DNA of 64,000 nucleotides from an uncultured Lachnospiraceae bacterium (GTDB lineage Bacteria; Bacillota; Clostridia; Lachnospirales; Lachnospiraceae): NCBI GenBank assembly GCA_902775555.1, contig CACYMQ010000002.1, positions 42,794 to 106,793 of the forward strand, read 5' to 3'. Shown piece by piece: positions 56,591 to 64,000 of this stretch (position 1 is its first letter; each line of letters starts with the position of its first letter). The notes under the pieces were generated by a model. It saw only the letters and a program-made list of their open reading frames with translations, ran no database searches and was not told where the DNA came from. The position numbers and the translations under genes were made by a program.

Positions 56591-57953
56591 CTATACAGGG
56601 TATGTCATGTTCTCGCTGTTTCCTTTTGATACATCTACCTTCTTCTGTTGTGCCTCACGATACTGGAAGAACTCCGTAGCAACCTGCGGGAACAGTGCAT
56701 AGGAAAGTACATCCTCATCCTGCTGCTTATACTGGGTAATGGCTTTTTCCATATCAGCCAGCTGCGGCTTGATCAGATCTGCCGGACGACAGGTGATCGG
56801 TTCGGTATCTCCGATGGCCTTCTTCTGAACCTCAGGATTGAAGGGCTTAACGGTCTGACCGTATTTACCGGACAGAAGATCCTTGGACTGCTGTGTAAAC
56901 ATCTTATATCTCTCGCCCAGAACCACATTTAACACAGCCTGCGTACCCACGATCTGTGAGGACGGTGTTACAAGCGGAGGCTCACCGAAATCTTTACGGA
57001 CTCTCGGAACCTCTTCCAAAACGTCCTTCAGTTTATCTTCCTTACCCTGTTCCTTCAGCTGGGATACCAGATTGGACAGCATACCGCCGGGAACCTGATA
57101 CAGAAGCGTCTTGATATTAACGCCCATAACCTTGGTGCTCATCAGGCCGCTGGAGATGTACTTCTCACGAAGGGGAGCGAAATAATCCGCGATCTCAGCC
57201 AGAAGTGTCTGATCGAGACCGGTATCAAACTCTGTTCCCTTGAAGGTCTCAACAAGGACTTCCGTAGCCGGCTGGGAGGTTCCCATAGCCATGGGTGACA
57301 TCGCACAGTCGATCACATCACAACCTGCTTCTACTGCCTTCATGTATGTCATGGCAGCAACACCGGATGTGTAATGGGTATGGAGCTGGATTGGAAGCTT
57401 GGTACCTTCCTTCAGCGCCTTCACCAGTTTCTCTGCTTCATACGGAACCAGAAGACCGGCCATATCCTTGATGCAGATGGAATCCGCACCCATTTCCTCG
57501 ATCTCACGGGCGATATTTCTCCAATAATCCAGGGTATATGCATCCCCCAGTGTATAGGACAGTGCGATCTGCGCATGTCCTTTCTCCTTATTTGCAGCCT
57601 TGACTGCCGTTGATGATATCAATACCGTTTGCGATGGACTTCTGAACGAAATACTCAACCACATCATCTGAATAATGGTTATATCCCAAAATGTTCTGAC
57701 CACGGAACAGCATCTGAAGCTTGGTATTCTTGAATCCGTCTCTCAGCTTCCGAAGGCGCTCCCACGGATCCTCCTTCAGGAAACGAAGGCATGCGTCAAA
57801 GGTTGCACCTCCCCAGCATTCTACAGAGTGATAACCCACCTGATCCATTTTATCGATAATGGGAAGCATATCTTCTGTGGTCATTCTGGTTGCGATCAGA
57901 GACTGGTGTGCGTCACGGAGCACTGTCTCTGTAATTCCTACTTTTCTTGACAT
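56591..57953 (-). pseudogene. oadA: Oxaloacetate decarboxylase alpha / pyruvate carboxylase carboxyltransferase subunit, split by a deletion-frameshift at about 57611
   Basis: N-part: [13 protein letters not shown]…WGGATFD…GIDII, ending at 57612. C-part resumes in another frame at TAVKAANKE…IKDMAG…HTH…GGMLSNL…PPLVTPSSQIVG. One extra A lies at the junction. Confidence 0.85.
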
Positions 57954-58009
57954 AGTATTCTCCTCGAATTATAAACTCAGTAATTTGTTTATTGAGACGA
58001 TATTACTTC

Positions 58010-58134
58010 GCCATGCCGCCTCTCCGCATGCTTCGCATGTGTCGATGCTACGGCTTCGCCGTATACATCCGCTCCGATGTTGATGTGCCTGGGAGCAAGC
58101 TCCCGCACATCACCCCGAAGCGTATGTGCATGGC
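58010..58134. repeat. Multi-hairpin REP/MITE-like element, copy B
   Basis: GCCATGC…GCATGGC ends. Shares gcttcgc, gtcgatg, cgccgtatacatc, gagcaagctc and atgtgcatggc with 29112-29241. Confidence 0.8.
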
Positions 58135-58138
58135 TCAG

Positions 58139-59260
58139 TTAATGCACGTTAAAAATTGCCAGGAAGGTACCGGCGGCGACCGCCGTTCCTATTACACCTG
58201 CAACGTTCGGACCCATGGCATTCATCAGCAGGAAGTTGGACGGATCATATTCCGAACCGACCTTCTGTGATACACGGGCTGCCATAGGAACTGCAGATAC
58301 ACCTGCGGAACCGATAAGGGGATTGATCTTCCCCTTCGTGACGGCACACATGATCTTTCCGAATATGACACCCATCGCCGTACCCAGAATGAAAGCAAGA
58401 AGTCCGAGCAGCGTGATCTTAAGTGTGCTGACCTTCAGGAATGCCTCTGCGCTGGTGGTCGCACCAACAGATGTACCGAGAAGGATGACTACGATATACA
58501 TCATGGCATTGGAAGCAGTTTCTGTCAGCTGCTTTACAACACCGGACTCGCGGAAGAGATTTCCGAGCATCAGCATACCTACCAGCGGAGCTGTGGTCGG
58601 AAGGATCATACATACTACGAGAGTAACAACGATGGGGAACAGGATCTTCTCAAGCTTGGTCACCTGACGAAGCTGAGGCATCTTGATCTTGCGTTCCTTC
58701 TCAGTTGTAAGAAGCTTCATGACAGGCGGCTGAATTACCGGCACAAGTGACATGTACGAGTAGGCCGCCACCGCGATGGGGCCGAGAAGCGTTCCGCCCA
58801 TTCCCAGCTTTCCTGCCAGGAAGATGGATGTCGGTCCGTCTGCTCCACCGATGATGGAGATGGCTGCGGCTTCCTTACCTGTGAAGCCGAAAGCAATTGC
58901 CAGGAAGTACGCGCCGTAGATACCGAACTGTGCCGCAGCCCCCAGTATGAAACTGGGCGGATACGCGATCAGCGGTCCGAAATCCGTCATGGCACCGACT
59001 CCCATAAAGATCAGGGACGGAAGGATACTCCACTCATCCAGCTTGTAGAAGTAATGAAGCAGTCCACCCTCCTGTATGATGTCCGGGAACATATTTACCA
59101 GGAACATACCAAATGAAATGGGAACCAGCAGAAGCGGCTCAAAGCCCTTGGCGATCGCAAGATACATGAAAACAAATGCGATCAGGATCATAATATAATT
59201 CTTCCAGTCCAAGGTGGCGAAGCCGGTTTGTTCTGCTAAATTCCGTAATATATCCAGCAT
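58139..59260 (-). CDS. oadB: Na+-translocating decarboxylase beta subunit
   Basis: FEPLLLVPI; GAAAQFGI; [11 protein letters not shown]; [10 protein letters not shown]; [13 protein letters not shown]; [11 protein letters not shown]. Confidence 0.95.
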   Translation of the reverse strand: MLDILRNLAEQTGFATLDWKNYIMILIAFVFMYLAIAKGFEPLLLVPISFGMFLVNMFPDIIQEGGLLHYFYKLDEWSILPSLIFMGVGAMTDFGPLIAYPPSFILGAAAQFGIYGAYFLAIAFGFTGKEAAAISIIGGADGPTSIFLAGKLGMGGTLLGPIAVAAYSYMSLVPVIQPPVMKLLTTEKERKIKMPQLRQVTKLEKILFPIVVTLVVCMILPTTAPLVGMLMLGNLFRESGVVKQLTETASNAMMYIVVILLGTSVGATTSAEAFLKVSTLKITLLGLLAFILGTAMGVIFGKIMCAVTKGKINPLIGSAGVSAVPMAARVSQKVGSEYDPSNFLLMNAMGPNVAGVIGTAVAAGTFLAIFNVH

Positions 59261-59316
59261 CTTTTTTCCTCCTTATCCCACTGCACGGCAGTGGTGTATC
59301 ACCATGGTAATGAAAA

Positions 59317-59700
59317 CTAGTTGAGAGTAGCCAGTGTGTCCCCGGCCTCTACGGAATCACCTACGCCTACATTTACGGATGCTATCGTTCCGTCTTCCGG
59401 TGATACGATCTCATTCTCCATCTTCATGGCTTCCAGGATCATAAGTACTTCGCCACGCTTTACGGACTTGCCGACCTCAGTCTTAACGCTGAGGATCTTA
59501 CCGGGCATCGGAGATGCTACCGTCACGCTTCCGGCCGATCCGGACGCTGCGGGTGCTGCCGCCGGTGCCGGTGCGGGTGCCGCCTTCGGTGCCGGAGCTG
59601 CTGCCGGTGCAGGAGCTGCTGCCGGTGCTGCACCGCCTGCAGTCTCTTCAACCGCTACATCATATGTATTTCCATTTACTGTAATTCTGTAATTCTTCAT
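59317..59700 (-). CDS. Biotin carboxyl-carrier subunit (mmdC/gcdC-like)
   Basis: Ala/Pro linker; SPMPG; EAMKMENEI. Confidence 0.95.
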   Translation of the reverse strand: MKNYRITVNGNTYDVAVEETAGGAAPAAAPAPAAAPAPKAAPAPAPAAAPAASGSAGSVTVASPMPGKILSVKTEVGKSVKRGEVLMILEAMKMENEIVSPEDGTIASVNVGVGDSVEAGDTLATLN

Positions 59701-59739
59701 GATTATCCTCCTGATTATGAATCCTTGAATTCTTATACT

Positions 59740-60777
59740 CTATCGTACTCTGCGGATGGACCGAACCACCAGCTTGTCATTACTTGCCGTATATGCCGGC
59801 GGATGGATCACACCTGTTTCACCTGTCGAACCATCGGCCAGGTATGCATGAAGCGCTGCCGTGATGACTGCGATCAGCTCGCCGTCCGTAACTTCCTCAC
59901 CGGTTGCAGGCGCTTCGGAAGCTCTTGCTGCCTGAGCGATCGCTGCCGGTCCTGCCGGGATCGGTGCGGCTGCCTTCGGCTTTGCAGCGACCGGTTTCTT
60001 CTCGGAACCGGACTTTTTCTCCTTACCCAGGAGCTTCGGTACAAACCGGAGCAGATAGATAATGCATGCGATGAATACGAGCACTGCGAATACGACGCCC
60101 ATACCAACGCCCATGTTCTTCGCACCGTTCAGAAGCAGTTCGGAGGTCGAGTAAACCGCCGACACCTCTGTCTCCAATGCCTTGTAAGGAAAGATATTAT
60201 TGTTCTGGCAGAGATAATCCTTTATGAAATCCTCGGCACTTGTGGTACGATACCCAAACTGCTGGAAGCTGGCTTCATTCTTTACGAACTCATCTGCAGA
60301 TGAATAACCGGCGTTTTCAGCATACTGCTGAAGTCCTCCCATCTCCTGCTCATATGACTGCTGATAACTGGGAGTCTCCACCCATGCGTCATACAGAAGA
60401 TTCTTTTCAAAGGAAACCGTGACTCTTACATCACGCTTGTCGAACTTGACTATGATGGAGCAGAGCACATCGCCCTTCGCTCCGTTTTCAAAGGTCGTGA
60501 CATCTTCCGAGGTATCATATCCCTGGAACTCGCCGACCTTATCCGTCGTCTGAGCCTGTTGGAATCCGGCAACTGCCGTCTTCTCAACATTTTCACCATC
60601 TTTCAGGATGTATTCCGCCTGCGCTCCGGAAACGTTATAGCACTTATTGACTACCGCCTTGGTCATGTTGATCATCATGCCCTCGTCGTATTCGAAGTTC
60701 TTTTCCGGCTTTGTGGAGCAGGCACACAGGCAAAAGAGAAGAAGCAGACTCAGAATCGGTAATAGCTTTTTCTTCAT
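59740..60777 (-). CDS. oadG: OadG-family gamma subunit with N-terminal lipoprotein domain
   Basis: Lipobox LCAC; MGVGMGVVFAVLVFIACII TM; ELIAVITAAL; VVRSIRR end. Confidence 0.8.
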   Translation of the reverse strand: MKKKLLPILSLLLLFCLCACSTKPEKNFEYDEGMMINMTKAVVNKCYNVSGAQAEYILKDGENVEKTAVAGFQQAQTTDKVGEFQGYDTSEDVTTFENGAKGDVLCSIIVKFDKRDVRVTVSFEKNLLYDAWVETPSYQQSYEQEMGGLQQYAENAGYSSADEFVKNEASFQQFGYRTTSAEDFIKDYLCQNNNIFPYKALETEVSAVYSTSELLLNGAKNMGVGMGVVFAVLVFIACIIYLLRFVPKLLGKEKKSGSEKKPVAAKPKAAAPIPAGPAAIAQAARASEAPATGEEVTDGELIAVITAALHAYLADGSTGETGVIHPPAYTASNDKLVVRSIRRVR

Positions 60778-60792
60778 ACTTGTCCTCTCCTT

Positions 60793-62199
60793 TTACAGGC
60801 TGGCATGTTTCTTTGCCGGGCCCTCTTCCTGCTTGGTTGACAGCATTTCAAATGCTGCGATCACTCTCTTCCTTGTTGCATCCGGCTCAATGATATCGTC
60901 CACATAACCGCGCTTTGCGGCTGCGAGCGCACTGCCCTGAAGCTCGTCGATCTTTGCTGCGATCTCCTTCTCCTTGCCGGCCTTGTCATCCGCCGCTGCG
61001 ATCTCATTCGGATACATGATCCGGGCAGCCATCACGGATTCCATCATGCCGATCTTGGCGGACGGCCAGGCATAAACCATGTCAGCTCCCAGAGACTTGG
61101 AATTCATGGTAATATATGCGGAACCGTAAGCCTCGCCTGTGATCACGGTCACGGTTTCAACCGTTGCTCCCGCATAAGCAAAGGAAAGAGCTGCCGCTGC
61201 TGCGGAAATGGTCTTCTCCTCTTCTATCGTTGCGGCAAAATTCTTAACATTTACAAGCGTAAGGACCGGGATGCTGAAGGCATCGCAGAAATTCACGAAC
61301 TTTGCAGCCTTGGTAAGACCGGCGGATGTAAGCGTCTTCTCGGCATTTGCCACGCATCCGACGGTTGCACCGTTCAGCCGGATAAATCCGATCTTAACAT
61401 CCTTTGCATATGCTTTTTTAACTTCTACAAACTGGAGATCATCCGCAATATTGGTGATGATTGCTTCCGCATCCATGGTCTCGATCCCGGGGATCGTGCG
61501 GTTCAGTTCATCGCCGCATGTGGTCATTGCGATATCTTCATTATTGGAAGGAAGCATACTCACCAGCTTGCGGATCTCGGACAGGACTTCAGCCTCCGTA
61601 TCGCAGACTGCATCCACCAGACCGGTATTCTCACTGATATAGGAAGCTGCCGAAGTGTCAACCTTGCCTTCGTAGTTTCCGTCTAATGCATTCGGACTAT
61701 TAACGAACAGTTTGGAATCCTGCGCTGTCATAAAGGTAAAATCCGTCAGAGACGGGATCATGGCGGTTCCTCCGCCGCAGGTTCCGAAGATTGCCGTGAT
61801 CTGAGGGATCACGCCGGATGCTGCTGTCATCTTGCGGAAGATCCTTCCGAAGGCAGTCAGCGCATCGGTTGCCTCCTGAAGACGCAGACCGGCACAATCT
61901 ACCAGGCCGATCACCGGAGCTCCGCATTTCATGGCAAGATTGTAAAGATTTGCGATCTTCTTTGCATGCATCTCACCGATGGAGCCTCCCAGTACGGAAG
62001 CATCCTGACTGTACACATATACAAGTTTCCCGTCGATCACGCCATAGCCGGTAAGAACACCGTCCTTCGGAGTATCGAACTCCTTCAGGTTGAAGTCCGT
62101 ATTTCTGGCTGTGACATAAGCACCGATCTCAACGAAGCTTGAGTCGTCAAGGAGCGCAGCGATACGTTCACTTGCAGAGTACTTAAGTTTCTCGCTCAT
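60793..62199 (-). CDS. Acyl-CoA carboxyltransferase (methylmalonyl-CoA decarboxylase alpha / 12S-like)
   Basis: DGVLTGYGVIDG…SQD..VLGGS.GE.HA.KI; GTCGGG; DAFSIPVLT; GYVDDIIEP..TR. Confidence 0.9.
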   Translation of the reverse strand: MSEKLKYSASERIAALLDDSSFVEIGAYVTARNTDFNLKEFDTPKDGVLTGYGVIDGKLVYVYSQDASVLGGSIGEMHAKKIANLYNLAMKCGAPVIGLVDCAGLRLQEATDALTAFGRIFRKMTAASGVIPQITAIFGTCGGGTAMIPSLTDFTFMTAQDSKLFVNSPNALDGNYEGKVDTSAASYISENTGLVDAVCDTEAEVLSEIRKLVSMLPSNNEDIAMTTCGDELNRTIPGIETMDAEAIITNIADDLQFVEVKKAYAKDVKIGFIRLNGATVGCVANAEKTLTSAGLTKAAKFVNFCDAFSIPVLTLVNVKNFAATIEEEKTISAAAAALSFAYAGATVETVTVITGEAYGSAYITMNSKSLGADMVYAWPSAKIGMMESVMAARIMYPNEIAAADDKAGKEKEIAAKIDELQGSALAAAKRGYVDDIIEPDATRKRVIAAFEMLSTKQEEGPAKKHASL

Positions 62200-62263
62200 T
62201 TCTAGTCCTCCATTTGTTAAATATTAAGGTTTTTTCTATAACAAACCCATTTTCGCCCAATAT

Positions 62264-62292
62264 ATTGTATTACTTTTCCTTCTTCTTTTCAA
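62264..62292 (-). promoter_or_regulatory. sigmaA promoter of the decarboxylase operon
   Basis: TTGAAA-N17-TACAAT, then GGAGG RBS before ATG 62199. Confidence 0.75.
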
Positions 62293-62327
62293 CTTGAAAA
62301 TGAAGCAAATCGGAAGAATTCCTGCAC

Positions 62328-62366
62328 AAAAAACCTCTGTGTACTACTACATCTTACACAGAGGTT
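62328..62366 (-). terminator. Intrinsic terminator after pgsA
   Basis: AACCTCTGTGTA…TACACAGAGGTT stem plus T-tract. Confidence 0.85.
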
Positions 62367-62376
62367 GAAATGTTGA

Positions 62377-62943
62377 TTATTTGAACGATGAGATCACGTC
62401 CCGGTTTTTCGCGATATAATCGATCAGGGAAATGACCGTAAGCGCCATTGCCAGGTAGATCAGACACTGCTCGATCACATAAACCGCTCCGTCTCCCGGG
62501 ATCCCCTTTCCGGTGACATCATTGAAATCACAGATCAGCATGATCACCGTAAACATCTGAACAACCGTTTTCACCTTGCCCCACATACTGGCGGAGATCA
62601 CTCTTCCGTTGTCAGCCGCTATCAGGCGGAAACCGCTGATTGTGAACTCCCTTGCTATGATGATGATCACGATCCATGCCGGGAATCTTTGATTACTGCA
62701 GAGTGCGATGAGTGCGGAACAGATCAACAGTTTATCGGCCAGCGGATCCATGAACTTACCGAAATCCGTAACCAGATCATTCTTTCTGGCCAGATACCCG
62801 TCGAAAAAGTCCGTCAGCGATGCGAGACAGAAAAATGTAAGCGCATACCACTTTGCTCCCGGGATGTCATTCACCAGCATGAAGAATACAAAGACGGGGA
62901 TCAGGATAACCCGAAATACCGTCAGTTTATTTGGAAGATTCAT
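62377..62943 (-). CDS. pgsA: CDP-diacylglycerol--glycerol-3-phosphate 3-phosphatidyltransferase
   Basis: MNLPNKLTVFRV; TDFFDGYLARK…TDFGKFMDPLADK; RE…G.R; GKVKT. Confidence 0.96.
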   Translation of the reverse strand: MNLPNKLTVFRVILIPVFVFFMLVNDIPGAKWYALTFFCLASLTDFFDGYLARKNDLVTDFGKFMDPLADKLLICSALIALCSNQRFPAWIVIIIIAREFTISGFRLIAADNGRVISASMWGKVKTVVQMFTVIMLICDFNDVTGKGIPGDGAVYVIEQCLIYLAMALTVISLIDYIAKNRDVISSFK

Positions 62944-63013
62944 AACCGCTACTCCTTTGCAGTCCTTAAGACATAAATTGGATTATACCCCTTTTGACCG
63001 GGTATTGCAACCA

Positions 63014-64000
63014 CTATAAGATTTCCGCCGTCAGGTCATACTCTGCAGCTCCGGTGATCCTTGCGGGAAGGATCTCCCCCGAGATCAGCTCGCGATCGGC
63101 ACTCACAAAGACCAAACCGTCCACATCCGGGGCATCTCTGTAGGTTCTTGCCACATAGACGTCCTCCTCGGGAAGGTATCCCTCGATCAGTACATCCATA
63201 TCGCTCCCTACCAGCGCTTCATTTTTATCAAATGAGATCTCCTGCTGAAGCTCCATGATCTCGTCTCTGTATCGTTCCTTTACCTCAGGATCGATCTGGT
63301 CCGGCATCTCTGCCGCAATGGTTCCCTCTTCCTTGGAATAAGGAAATACTCCGACCCTGTCAAATTCCAGTTCATCCAGCGTCTCCATCAGAGCCTGATG
63401 CTCTTCCTCCGTTTCTCCGGGGAATCCGGCGATCAGCGTGGTACGAAGTACGATATCCGGGATCCTGTCACGGAGCCTTCTTACCAGGTCCTTCAGCCCC
63501 TCCTTCGTAAGTCTTCTGCCCATACGCTGAAGCACATGATCCTCCGTATGCTGCAGAGGCATATCGATATAGGAAAGAACCTTCGGCTCCACAGCAATGG
63601 TTTCGATCAGTTCATCCGTGATCTCCTCCGGATAACAATAAAGCAGGCGGATCCACTGCAATTCTTCAATCTCAGCCAGACGATGCAGCAGCTCCGGAAG
63701 CTTCTTCTCTCCATATAGATCCGTCCCGTAAACCGTCGTCTCCTGTGCAACCAATATCAGTTCCCGGACGCCATCGGATACAAGCTCCCTCGCCGTCTTT
63801 ACCAGGCGGTTCATGGGAATGCTCCGATAAGTTCCGCGAAACTGCGGGATGGCACAGTATGTACATCTCTTGTCACAGCCCTCAGCGATCTTCAGATATT
63901 CGGTATACGGACGGTTTGTGATCCTGCGGGGGCTTTCCTCCGTTGTCCGGTTCACATCAGGGAAAACCGCGATCCCGCTTTCCCCCTGCCGCAGACGGTC
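63014..64000 (-). CDS. rimO: Ribosomal protein S12 methylthiotransferase (5' part beyond window)
   Basis: YLKIAEGCDKRCTYCAIP radical-SAM motif; WIRLLYCYP; YIDMPLQH; C-terminal TRAM RTYRDAPDVDG. Frame is open to base 64000; lies upstream of pgsA. Confidence 0.95.
   Translation of the reverse strand, partial: DRLRQGESGIAVFPDVNRTTEESPRRITNRPYTEYLKIAEGCDKRCTYCAIPQFRGTYRSIPMNRLVKTARELVSDGVRELILVAQETTVYGTDLYGEKKLPELLHRLAEIEELQWIRLLYCYPEEITDELIETIAVEPKVLSYIDMPLQHTEDHVLQRMGRRLTKEGLKDLVRRLRDRIPDIVLRTTLIAGFPGETEEEHQALMETLDELEFDRVGVFPYSKEEGTIAAEMPDQIDPEVKERYRDEIMELQQEISFDKNEALVGSDMDVLIEGYLPEEDVYVARTYRDAPDVDGLVFVSADRELISGEILPARITGAAEYDLTAEIL

Noticed and set aside
57612-57703. N-terminal 31 aa of track ORF 56591..57703 (MVRTFW…ISS)
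   Set aside because: Out-of-frame read of the oadA 5' half; produced by the frameshift.
503-63718. Long plus-strand ORFs (e.g. 1310..2440, 4562..5722, 6771..8024, 19135..20334, 36401..37900, 40177..41400)
   Set aside because: All are antisense shadows of well-supported minus-strand genes, with no recognisable domains or RBS.

Overview
Bacterial chromosomal window, most likely a Lachnospiraceae-like anaerobic Firmicute (inferred from gene content and lipoprotein/cell-wall-binding repertoire). Every real gene I can support is on the minus strand. Positions 1-44338 form one tightly coupled, co-oriented gene run of more than 44 kb. Its core (about 6.7-33.3 kb) is a near-complete contractile injection system (CIS; Afp/PVC-like): cap, PAAR-like tip, sheath, two tube proteins, tail chaperone, tape-measure candidate, hub, spike, gp25, baseplate wedges and AAA+ ATPase. 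There are no capsid, terminase, integrase or lysis genes. Upstream lie six genes: a CIS-type fibre/baseplate-like protein, a pseudokinase-like and a pseudo-cyclase-like membrane protein, a MORN protein, a TolC-like protein and a secreted coiled-coil protein. Downstream lie a STAS protein, an H-box-less kinase, a membrane-anchored SH3b protein, an orphan FtsE-like ATPase and a secreted repeat protein of more than 1970 aa that runs off the window. Hidden features: a canonical -1 slippery site predicting a lambda G/GT-type chaperone fusion; an 11-bp-periodic direct repeat over the -35 region of the operon promoter, next to a SARP-type two-component system; a multi-hairpin dispersed repeat present in two unrelated operons; and a deletion/frameshift in the oadA-like carboxyltransferase. 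The remainder (49-64 kb) holds cell-envelope genes, a diguanylate cyclase, an HI0933-family flavoprotein, a Na+-pumping decarboxylase operon, pgsA and a partial rimO.
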